A stretch of 64,000 nucleotides of DNA. It comes from Octopus bimaculoides. Lineage: Eukaryota. The notes beneath the pieces were generated by a model. The model saw only the letters and a list, made by a program, of their open reading frames with translations. It had not been told where the DNA came from and did not search any database. Of this stretch, positions 37,526-48,950 are shown piece by piece. Position 1 is the first letter of the stretch. Every line of letters begins with the position of its first letter. Made by a program: the position numbers and the translations under genes. The stretch spans positions 161,647,672 to 161,711,671 of the forward strand of contig NC_068981.1 in the NCBI RefSeq assembly GCF_001194135.2. Reading direction: 5' to 3'.

Positions 37526-38088
37526 AAGAAGCATGTGTGCCTAATTCAGTTTTTTTTTTCAAGGAATAATTTATCCTGGACTACATTATCCAATATTTTC
37601 CTTTAAGAATGCAAAAATGTGATTTGTGGAAGATTTTGCTGTTATGTCTTGCTAGACTAGTAGTGACTATGTGGAGGCTTTCTCAGTGGTTGGTTCGATC
37701 TGTCTAATTATCTTGCAGTTGGTGTCATGGTTAATTATATTGCAATAAATACATCGACTGCAATTTCATCGCCTGGTAATTTCATTGCAATGTAATTAAT
37801 TACATTGTAAGCCAACACACCACCATCATCATCCTCATTATCATCATCACCATTATCATTATCATTTTTCTCAAGATCATCATCATAAGCAGCAGCAGCA
37901 GCAGCAATGGTAGCTTTTACCACAATAACTTGAGTTAGCAGAGACTAACTGAAGAAGTATTCTGCAGCCTGATACCTGTCCTGCTATCAATTCTTACTTG
38001 ATTCTAAATAAGATACATGTTACCTTGATCTTTCAAACTACTGAGTGGCTGGGCATGTTTTTACATGTAAGCAGTGACACTTCTGCAT

Positions 38089-38280
38089 AAGGCGGCGAGC
38101 TGGCAGAAACGTTAGCACACCGGGCGAAATGCTTAGCAGTATTTCGTCTGCTGATACGTCCTGAGTTCAAATTCCGCCTAGGTCGACTTTGCCTTTCATC
38201 CTTGTAATCGACTTAATCCCTTTGTCTGTCCTTCTTTGTCCCCTCTATGTTTAACCCCTTGTCGGCAATGAAGAAATTAG
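38089..38280 (+). mobile_element. SINE family B, CpG-rich (young) copy with internal deletion
   Basis: aaggcggcgagctggcagaaacgttagcacaccgggcg...ggtcgactttgcctttcatcc. Confidence 0.85.
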
Positions 38281-38449
38281 TAATCTTGTTTCACGCTAAG
38301 TGTGTAATCAATGCCAAGACACACACACACACACCCACACCCACACGTATATTATCAGTTAGTTGCACATATATCCGACAAAATGCACAGTATGATCAAT
38401 AGAGCAGTTATATATTTTTTATATTGTCAAACAGTGTATTACTAGTTGT

Positions 38450-38700
38450 GTCATATAAAGGGTAAAGACCCCCTTGAGTCATAAACCATGGGATTACACC
38501 TAGAAATTTCCTCTCCAATGCACAAGTCTGGGTAAGGTTGTTTATGGAAGACCAGTAGTCGCCCATGCATACCAGTCTCCCCTCTCCATGCTATCGATGT
38601 TATCCAAGGGAAAGGCAAAGGCCGATACAGCTTGGCACCAGTGTCGTTGCAACTCATTTCTACAGCTGAATGAACTGGAGCAACGTGAAATAAAGTGTCT
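38450..38700 (-). mobile_element. CORE-like SINE 3' part with a distinct tail
   Basis: actcatttctacagctgaatgaactggagcaacgtgaaataaagtgtctt core. Confidence 0.65.
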
Positions 38701-38847
38701 TAACTGATCTGGTTACTACTGTTAGTCTTGTGCTGACTGTTGCACTTGGCAATATTGATAACTCTTCAGACTTGCTGGCTGGGAGTGCATTGCATCGTTT
38801 ATGCTGGAGGTATATCTAGACCCTGATAAGGGTCTATGTATATATAT

Positions 38848-39249
38848 AGGCGTAGGAGTGGCTGTGTGGTAAGTAGTTTGCTAACGAACCACATGGTTCT
38901 GGGTTCAGTCGCACTGCATGGCACCTTGGGCAAGTGTCTTCTACTATAGCCTCGGGCCAACCAAAGCCTTGTGAGTGGATTTGGTAGACGGAAACTGAAA
39001 GAAGCCCGTCGTATATATGTATATATATATATGTATGTGTGTATATGTTTGTGTGTCCCCCCAACATTGCTTGACAACCAATGCTGGTGTGTTTACGTCC
39101 CCGTAACTTAGCGGTTCGGCAAAAGAAACCGATCGAATAAGTACTAGGCTTACAAAGAATAAGTTCTGGGGTTGACTTGCTCGACTAAAGGCTCTGCTCC
39201 AGCATGGCCACAGTCAAATGACTGAAACAGGTAAAAGAGTCAAAGAGTA
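38848..39249 (+). mobile_element. SINE family A, full length reference copy
   Basis: tRNA-like head, ggcaccttgggcaagtgtctt core, internal TA/TG repeats, gtaaaagagt tail, TA-repeat flanks. Confidence 0.92.
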
Positions 39250-39714
39250 ATATATATATATATTTCCATCATAAAAGTGGCTTTGCATTTCAAGCCAGCA
39301 TGCTTGAAGAGTTAGTAATATTGCTAAGGGTGTAATAGTTGGCACATAACTGATAGTAACATTCAGACCAGTTATATGCTATAACTAAAAATAGACTCCT
39401 TGATGATACATACACAATAGGTTCTTTTACAATCTCTGTCAACCAGTTTCATTCACAATGCATTAGTCAGCTCATAGCTGTAGCAGAAGATGTTTGTCAA
39501 CAATGCCACACAGCAAGAACAAACCTAGAAACCACATGATTTTAAAACAAACTTCCTAACCAAACAGCCATCCTACTGGTAAATTCATCATCACGCTACA
39601 TAGTTTGTCCCTAAATTCAGTGACATGTTTTATCTCCAGAGGAGATGCATTGCTAAATATTATGGGAGCACATTCAAAATGAGATAATCTGAGAATGGTG
39701 CAGAGTAAAAGATG

Positions 39715-39970
39715 TAAAGTAAGAAGTAAAGTTTCCTTGAGTCATACTGGCTTATAACGGCCAGTTTCCTGGTTTCCATGGTGAATTTTTTCTCCATCTG
39801 GATGAGACACTAATTCATCGTAGGATTACTCATTTTTACCAGCTGAGTGGACTGGAGCAATGTGAAATGAAGTGTTTTGCTCAAGAACACAATGTGTCAC
39901 CCAGTCCAGGAACTGAAACCACAATCTTATGATCATAATTCCAACACCCTAACCACTAAGCCACATGCCT
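39715..39970 (-). mobile_element. CORE-like SINE with another tail
   Basis: ctcatttttaccagctgagtggactggagcaatgtgaaatgaagtgttttgctcaagaacac...ccctaaccactaagcc. Confidence 0.75.
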
Positions 39971-39978
39971 ACCCGAGT

Positions 39979-40255
39979 GAATAACGTGATCACAGAGTAC
40001 CAAAAGCAGAAGTTCCACTGGGCTGGACATGCTGCAAGGTTCACAGACAGCAGGTGGACCCCTGCAGTTGTCGAATGGTATCCAAAAAATCAGTAAAGGC
40101 CATTTGGAAGGCCTCTACAACAATGGGAAGACAGTTTATTCAAGCTGGAAAACAATGGTGCAATTAAAACAGAATTGGAAGCTCATTGTGACCAGCAGTG
40201 TATAACAGCATCTGAGGGTGTGGTTGATACTGTGATATGTGATATGTGATGGAAA
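39979..40255 (+). pseudogene. RTE-clade LINE 3' end (RT C-terminal tail)
   Basis: KQKFHWAGHAARFTDSRWTPAVVEWYP...RP.GRP..QWED; ends in gtgatat repeats. Confidence 0.8.
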
Positions 40256-41739
40256 CCTGGTAAACCTCTGGCCTTGAGTTCCGAGGCTCATGATATATCT
40301 AAATCTATTTACAGAATAAATATGTTGTATTTTGTTATTAGTGAAAAAGAAATTCAAAGAGAAAAATGTCACATTTACTCAAAATATATATATGAAAATC
40401 ACATTAGTGTTACTTTTAAAAACGGAATCATATATTATCATCATTGTTTTAATGTCCGTCTTTCCGTGCTTGCTTTAGTCTGATGGAATTTGTTGAGTCA
40501 GCTTTTTTAGGGCTAGATGTCCTTGTCACCAAACCACACCTGTTTCCAAGCTAGTAAATATTTCCCCATGACCAAATACATTTTGTATGACAGTGATACT
40601 CATTCACAACTATCACATGATGTCTTTCAATTTCTGTCTACCATTTCCACTCAAGGCTTTTGTTGGCTGAGGGCTATAGCAGAAGACAATCGTTCAATGT
40701 GTGTCATGTAGTGGGACTGAACCTGAAACCACAAGGTTTGGAAACAAACTTCTTCACCACACAGCCATGCTTGAACTTTTCACACACATGCGCACAAACT
40801 TACAGGCAACACTGGTTTAAATTGGAAGAAGAAGCACTCTAAAATGCCAAATAGTAATGCATTTCAAATACTCCAGAACTGCAATTTCAGTTGCCTTTTT
40901 GCTGCACTATGTTTATATTTCTTTACATACTGTGGAATTTCTGCAGCAGTGATGTACTTTTTAACTTTTTCATTATTTCTTCATTTTCTGAATGTTCTTT
41001 TCCAAAAATTTCTGAGAATTTTAAAACTGTTACCCAAATTTTTTTGATTTTGGATTTCCTTTAATGAAATGCCACATATTTAATTTACTCTGCGGATAAA
41101 AAGCATGGTGATAAATTTACTGATGATATATTAGCTCAGAATGAAATTACAGGTGATCTGTTTACTGCTAGTGTAATTAGCTCCGTTGAATTTACCATAA
41201 ACTCTTTCATCAATCCAACTGCCTAATTATTATGCTGATTGCATCCAGTACACACTTAATTTGTATCAGCTAATACATGTTGTAGATATGCCTTTGTGAT
41301 TGAGGAAGTTTGCTTCTCAAGCAGATGGTTTGGGATTCAGTCCCACTGCAAGACACCTTGGGCAAGTATTATAGACACAGGCTAACCAATACATTGTGAT
41401 TAAATATGGTAAGCAGGAATTTTGCGAAAGTCTAACATCTCCACCATCATCATTGTTTTAACATCTACTATTCTGTGCTTGCATGGGTCAGATGAAAGTA
41501 TGTTGGGGCAGAGTGTTCTATAATTGGATGCCCTATCTATTATCAGCCTGCACATATTTCCAGACAATGTTATAATCTTCTAATCTATTGAACAATGAAC
41601 AGCTCAGACATATTTACATGGAGAACTAGAAACAAATGCCACCAAAACAAGTGGTTTTTGCCTACAAAGTTTATGCAGTATATCAAGACTTATCAACACA
41701 CACACACTCACACACACAGACATGCATGCACGCACGCAC

Positions 41740-41781
<42 letters not shown>

Positions 41782-42029
41782 CTAGCTTTACATAGAACTA
41801 AGTCCTAATGATTTGAGGATCTGGGGAAAAAATTTTCCCTGAGGAACACAGAAAATATTAATTCATTGAACAATAATACTTGTATAATAGGACCTGTGTA
41901 GAAACCCTCTCCCTACAAGTGAATGGCTAATGTTTGCAAAACTTTTCTTTCCAGATATCAAAAGCTGTCCCTGAGCTATTCATATATTCTTACTGTGAAA
42001 TTCATAATCCCAGAGCTGTTGCAGTCAAT

Positions 42030-42900
42030 GTGGATATGATAAAAGATAAGTTTGGTTAGATTGCTGAAATGCAAGAATGGGGGTTTGTGGATGTGTGCTG
42101 TATGCAAGAGGCAAGCTGGCGGTGAGCCTCAGCCATACTTCCTATGGGCTTATGACATAGGAATAGATTCTTCTGGGTATGCAATAATGCTGATGTGAGG
42201 TGGTGTGGGAATACTTTTGGCAGAGAAGTGGGTACATAAAATGATCAAGGCATTTAGAGAATGTGATGGAGTAATTCATCTTAGAGTAGTCTTGGACAAC
42301 ACAATAGTGACATTCATCTCTATATATGCTCCTCAACTGAGGTTGGCAAATGTACAAAAGAACTTATTTTATGAAGCCCTTTTGCAGATTACATTGATGA
42401 TGGATGATAATACATTCTCTTCATAGTTGTTGTCTTTAATGGATATGTTGAGCTGCACTATGATAGATTTTATGGTGTAGATATGAGGAGTGAATAATGC
42501 TGTTGGATGTGTGTGATGTAAATGGCCTGATGATCCACATCACTAACTTCAGGAAACTAGCCAACCACTTGATCACTTACCAGATTGACTACATTTTTTT
42601 TAATGTAAAGTCCTCTGGGAAAAATGTGCAACTCAAGTTAGTGATTTCAGAATTAAAGCTAAAAAAATTCTGAAAAATAAAGCAGTCTGAAAAAGGAAAA
42701 TATGGATACTTAAAGATTCATTGAAGAATCAAAAATTTAGAGAAGTACCAGTTGAAGCATAGGATGCAATGGAAGAGATCGAGATATATAAAATAGACAG
42801 CATTCACAACCTTGGCGAGGAAAGGCTTGAAAACTGAATTGAAGATAGCAAGTTTGGCCTTTTTGTACCAACCTCCCTTTTTCAGAGAATCAATCACTGG
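42030..42900 (+). pseudogene. Decayed RTE-clade AP endonuclease
   Basis: VDVCCMQEA.W; GVGILLAEKW; ISIYAPQ; FYE.L; TNFRK...LITY; QIDYI motifs across stops and frameshifts. Confidence 0.8.
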
Positions 42901-42956
42901 AACTAGTGCACTACTTTGCTGGCATCTGCAATTCAAAAATCAAAACTAGTATAGTA

Positions 42957-43146
42957 GAAGTAGTTGTATGCTGTCAACTTAATGTGACAGTCCCCTGAAG
43001 GGAATAATATACTGTTGGTTAAACATAAGGACACAGGAAATATGTCAAGGCCGACAGGAAGCGGTGCAGCTTCCTGGGTCTAACCAACAGTAATATTATT
43101 TCCTTCAAGGGACTTTCACATTAAGTTGACAGCATACAACTACTTC
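42957..43146. mobile_element. Foldback element with 68-bp arms and structured loop
   Basis: 42957-43024 vs 43078-43146: first 31 bp identical, 4 mismatches plus 1 indel overall. Confidence 0.8.
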
Positions 43147-44262
43147 ATTGTATCACTACTGCATAAATCTCTCTGAGAGATTTAGAAATGTATTATTTCT
43201 AAATAGTATAGTAGATTTGATCTCAGGTGTGGTTTTAAGGATACTTGGCCTTTATTTCTGATAAATATCCTTCAATTTATATCTTACTGTTTCAGAACAA
43301 GAAGAATGCATTGGTAAATCTAATCTTGTCCTATGGATATGCAAAAAAAAAAAAAAAAGATGGGGATAGTCATTGCTGAAATACTTTCAATTATAAGGTC
43401 TGTTTAACCAAAAACTGACCTGGGGCTAAAAAACCAATAACAACCTTCTACTTTATGAGTCAATGATAACAAAAAATTGGTTGTATTTTAACTAATTATA
43501 CCTCTTCACAACAAACGTGTAGCCTTGAATCAAAGTTGCAAAATCATTATTATTAGAATTTTTCTCTTTCCTGAAGGAGAAACAATGTTGAGAATGAGCA
43601 ATACAAATCACCTCAACCAACCAACTAGCTAACCAACCAACTAACCAGCCAGCCAGCCAGCCAACCAGTCACAGTAGCTTGTTCAGAACTGCAAATTGTT
43701 AAACTCACAACACTCCCTGAATCTTGCTGTTTTGAATGAAAAATCATAAAACTCAGCAGCTCTTAATACTTCCATTATTTGCTAATCAAGCAAAGAAAAA
43801 TTGTAAAATTGCCATTCAATTCTAACTCACATCAAGTTCAATATTCATGGCATTATAAAACCTAGAGGGTATGAAAAAAAAATTTTTAAAAAATAAAATT
43901 TTTAATGGTCTTTTCTGACATGGCTAAATATTGATCTGTAACATAGGCATAGGATCATAAATTCTACAAAAGGTAACTCTGAATAAGATTCTTAAATTAT
44001 TCCTAGTATTTGACTGGTGCTATATTTTAATGACACTGGAAGGACAAATAGTACCATTCAGCCCCAGTGAGATTTCTGCTTCAATGTAAAGGGACATATC
44101 TTAATAAAATATCCAAAGGTATGGCTGTGCGTCTTTGCAATCACATGTTTTGAGGTTCAGTTCCATGGAGTGATACCTTGGGCAAATGTCTTCTCCTATT
44201 GTAACCCAGGCCAGTCAATACTTTGTGAGTGAATCTGGTTGACAGAATCTGTCTGGAAGTTC

Positions 44263-44367
44263 ATATCGTCATTGATTTTGTCATCATTGTCATTGTCGTC
44301 GTCATCGCCATCATCGTCGTTGTTGTCATCATCGTCATCATTGTTGTCATTTTCGTCATCGTTATCA

Positions 44368-44399
<32 letters not shown>

Positions 44400-44493
44400 G
44401 TCATCATCATCATCATCATCGTCGTTGTCGTCGTCGTCGTCGTCATCATCATCATCATCATCGTTGTCGTCGTCATCATCACCGTCGTCATCG

Positions 44494-44527
<34 letters not shown>

Positions 44528-44563
44528 TATCATCGTTATCATTATCATTCTCATTATCATCAT
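44263..44563. repeat. Degenerate trinucleotide tract (ATC/GTC/GTT/ATT)
   Basis: Direct. Confidence 0.92.
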
Positions 44564-44869
44564 TATATATATGTATGTATCTATGTATGTATATGTGTAT
44601 GTATATATGTGTTTATGTATGTATGTATGCGTATATGTGTATTTATGTAGGTATATGTATGTATGTGTGTATGTGTGTATGTGTTATGTCTGTATGTGTA
44701 TGTGTGTGTGCATACACGTGTATATATATGTGTTAACAGTGACATTCCATAGTATTGCTTGTCACTAGTGGAAGAAACGAGGATATGACATTACAATCAA
44801 TCACTCAGATCTTTTGAAGGCCAATGGAATATGGAAAAAAACATACTCTGTTAAAAACCCACATATAAA

Positions 44870-45144
44870 GCATCTAGTACATTCTGTTAAGTAGTTGGTG
44901 TTAGGAGGGACACGAAGCCATATAAGCCATGCGAAAGCAGACATTGGAGCTTGGTACAGTCTCCCTGCTCACTAGTTCTTGCTGAGTCATCTAATCCGTG
45001 CCAGCATGAAAAACAGATGCTAAATGATGATGATGATGATGATGATGATGATATGGGTTGGTGACAGAAAGAGTATTTGGCCATTAAATTCTGCCTCAAA
45101 TAAGTCCTCATCCAACCCATGTCAGCATGTAAAACAAATGCTAA

Positions 45145-45181
<37 letters not shown>

Positions 45182-45310
45182 CAATGGTGATGATGATGAT
45201 GATGATGATGATGATGTTAAGGGTTGGTGACAGGAAGAGTATTTGGCCATAAAATTCTGCCTCAGATAAGTCTTCGTACAACCCATGCCAGCATGGAAAA
45301 GTGGATACTG
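44870..45310 (+). mobile_element. Tandem short family C-type 3' ends separated by (GAT)n
   Basis: Three successive ...cc(a/g)tg(c/t)cagcatg..aa... ends, two followed by (GAT)n. Confidence 0.7.
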
Positions 45311-45635
45311 AATGAACGATCAGAGGCAAGCCATCTGTTGCTCTGTTGATCCTGCTGTTCACTGCCCTCAAAATGGCACCTTAAAGCAGAAGTAGAATAT
45401 TTCTTGAAGACTTGAAAGAATTATTTATGTCTGTGGTTAAGAAGCTCACTTTGCAACCACATGGTTTTGGGTTCAGTCCCACTGTATGGTAGTTTTGGTC
45501 GAGTGTCTTCTACGACAGTCCTGGGTTGACCACTGCCTTGTAAGTGAATTTGGTTGATGGAAACTGTGAGGAACCTTGTGTTTGTGTGTGTGTACATACA
45601 AGTATATATGTATGTGGTTATATATGCATGTATGA

Positions 45636-46020
45636 GTGGAGGCGCAATGGCCCAGTGGTTAGGGCAGCGAACTCGCGGTCATAGGATCGCGGTTTCGATT
45701 CCCAGACCTGGCATTGTGAGTGTTTATTGAGTGAAAACACCTAAAGCTCCACGAGGCTCCGGCAGGGGATGGTGGCGAACCCTGCTGTACTCTTTCAGCA
45801 CAACTTTCTCTCACTCTTACTTCCTGTTTCTGTTGTGCCTGTAATTCAAAGGGTCAGCCTTGTCACACTGTGTCACGCTGAATATCCCCGAGAACTACGT
45901 TAAGGGTACACGTGTCTGTGGAGTGCTCAGCCACTTGCACGTTAATTTCACGAGCAGGCTGTTCCGTTGATCAGATCAACTGGAACCCTCGACGTTGTAA
46001 GAGACGGAGTGCCAACAAAC
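45636..46020 (+). mobile_element. SINE family D, full length, nested in a family A copy
   Basis: A-box tggcccagtgg, B-box ggtttcgattccc; atgcatgtatg at 45624-45634 and 46023-46033. Confidence 0.93.
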
Positions 46021-46181
46021 AAATGCATGTATGTATATATGTGTGTGTATTTGTGTTGTTTGTTCTCCACCACGGCTTGATAACAAGTTTGTGTATGTTC
46101 CTTTAACTTGGCAGTTTGGTGAAAGAGACTAATAGAATAACAGACTTGAAAGATGAATAAATAAATAAATAAATAAATAAA

Positions 46182-46560
46182 GAGGCACAGGAGTGGCTGT
46201 GTGGTAACAAGCTTGCTTCCCAACCACATGGTTCTAGGTTCAGTCCTATGGTGTGGCTCCTTGGGCAAGTGTTTTCTACTATAGCTTTGGGTCGACCAAA
46301 GCTTTGTGAGTGGATTTGGTAGACAGAAACTGAAAGATAGCCGTCAATATATATATATAAAAAAAGAACCTGATAGACTGCAAAGAATAAGTTCTGAGCT
46401 CGATTTGTTCGACTAAAGGAGGTGCTCCAGCATGGCCGCAGTCAAATGACTGAAATAAGTAAAAGAATAAATACTGGGCTTGATTTGTTTTGCTAAACCC
46501 TTCAACGTGGTGCCCCAGCATGGCTGCAATCCAATGACTGAAACAAGTAAAAGATATGAA
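46182..46560 (+). mobile_element. SINE family A with duplicated tail
   Basis: Head/core 46182-46345; two ccagcatggc..cagtc/aatc..atgactgaaa tails. Confidence 0.82.
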
Positions 46561-46679
46561 AGCTAAAAAAAAAAAAAAGTTCAGTTCCAGAAAATTCAAG
46601 ATAGAAAGAGAAAATGAGAGGGAAAATGATGATAAATGACAGAAATAAATCAAATTTGAATCAATAACAGAACCAAAGA

Positions 46680-48950
46680 AAGGACTTCCCCTTACTTTCT
46701 TTTCTCCTTTCTTTCTCTTACCTTGCCTGCTTGTTTGACAGTCTCTTTCATTTATTCCCTCTTTCTCCCCCTCTCCTTCTCACTTGTCAGCTTATTTGAC
46801 ACTTTCTCTTACTTGTTCTCTGCCTGCGTCTCTCTCTCTCTCTCTCAATTACTTTGTGTGTCTCTTAATCACTTCCTCCCGCTGTCTCTTGTTTTTCTCA
46901 CTTTCCTTTGCTCACACTCCAGTTATTACTTCTTTCTTTTCCCTCCTCCCACTACACCTTTCAATCTCTCTCTCTCTCTCTTCTGCTCTCCCCTCCTTTC
47001 TCTTTCTTTTCTCTCCCTTCCTTCCCTCTCTCTCTCCTTCTGTCCCCGTCTCTCTCTGTCCTTTTCTCCTTTTCTCTCTTTCTCTCTCCCCAACTGAAAG
47101 AAAATCTCTACTTCCCCTGAACATAAGGAACAGTTCTGATATAAAAAGCATACAAAAAAGCGTTAATAGATTATTCCGCGTTTGACAAACTTCCAGTCTT
47201 GTGTTCTTAATAAACGATATTAATTACAGAGCATTAAAAGCCAAAATAATAATTACTATATAAGAAAGTTAGATTTACAAACAGACAGGATAGTCGTGGC
47301 AGGAATGCTTTTCCTCATAGGTCTGCTCAATTAAGCTTTGAACTGGTTGCAGGGAACGGGTGGCTTAAACAACAACAAAAGCGGTAAATCACAGCCGGAA
47401 CAACTTTGATCATAAGCCTGCTCAATCAGGTCTGACCTAGGGCTACACAATAAGAACAACGTAAAATTCCAAACAAAGGGGGTGAAAACAAACAAAAAAT
47501 AAAACAAATATAGAAAAAAGAGCAACAAAAAAAAAAGAACAAAGAAATATTAAAATAAATAAATAAAAATTAATTATAGAAAATATTGGAAGAATCCTGG
47601 CAATCCAATTCATTATAACCATTAGTTTAGCATAGCTTTATTTGACAAAGAATTTCTTTCGTAGTGAGTGAAAATCCTGTTCAATCATTCTGGCTGTGTT
47701 TAAATATCAAAAAAAAAACGATAAACAAAACAAAAAAAAAAAAGTCTAACAGCTGCAACTGTCTAGGTGGGGGTGGAGAAGTGATGTAGTTTATGTTTAT
47801 GATACAATCTTTCATTGTTCCTTTCCTTCCTCTACCCCCCTCTCCCACCACCATCCTTACCCCCGACATCTCTTTGTTTATCTCCTTTACATTTTTCTCC
47901 CCCTCTCCTCCTCCGCCCGTCTCCCCCTCTCTCTTTCTTTCTCTCATTCTCTGTCTCTTTGTCTTTTGCTTTCTGTCCTTTTCTTTCCTGTCTTGTCATA
48001 TACTTCCTCCTCCTTCCTCCTTCCCCAACTGCTGCTGCTACTACTACTCTCTCCCTTTTCCTATTGCAACAGCTAAAATCAGAGCTAGAGAGAGAGAGCG
48101 TGTGAGTCACAGTACTAATAATGTCTGGAGGTGGAGGAATGGCCAGGGCAGTCACTATCCTGTATTTTAAAAATATTGAATTATAGAAAAAAAAATTCTA
48201 CGTTATAAGTCGTAGGGATTAGATCGTGCGCGCGCGTGTATATGTATGTTTTGTGTGTGCATATGTATGTATGTATGTATCTATGAGTATGACGTTTGCC
48301 TGTGTGTATGTATATGTGTTTATAATAGCGAGTTATCTAATACACATATCAATGAAAACAGCCTTCAACATTCCACGAGTTTTGTATTGTTAGTACTATA
48401 TATAAATAATAAGACATAACGCATTCGTGTGCGTATTATTAATCCGCGCATGAATAGAAACACTCTTCTGCATTTATTGAATTTCGTGTTATTATAATGA
48501 TTACATTAACACAAATAATAGCACATGAATGAAATCAGTGAGTTGTGTTATTATTATGATTGTATTATTGGCTATAATAATACTGTATTATTGTAGTCAG
48601 TACTATATTCGTAATAATAAAACAAGTCATTCTTGTGCATGTTAATACTACACACAAAAATAAAAATTGCCTCCTATAATCAGTGAGTCAACACAAGTCA
48701 TCACTATTAAAATGATAATAATCGCAAAGGGAATTGCCATTCACCGTTTATCTAGATAATTCTTGTTTTGGAAATATACCGTAATAAATCCAGATTTGGA
48801 TGGGAAGAAAGAAAAGAAAAATTAGCAAAGTATTTAGTGATTAGAGTTCATGTAAAGGACAACAGTATAAAGTACTATATGTATTGCTGAATTCAGGCTA
48901 AGTTATTCCATGCATATTTACTAGTGTTGATGAAATTACCGCCATAGATT
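46680..48950 (-). promoter_or_regulatory. CpG-retaining promoter/first-exon-like region with CT/GA tracts
   Basis: Many CpGs outside TEs (e.g. gtgcgcgcgcgtg at ~48227); consensus minus-strand donor CAAG|GTAAGA at 46722/46721. Confidence 0.4.

Noticed and set aside
45636-45712. tRNA-Arg-like sequence with A and B boxes
   Set aside because: No acceptor-stem closure; continues into a SINE body with TSDs
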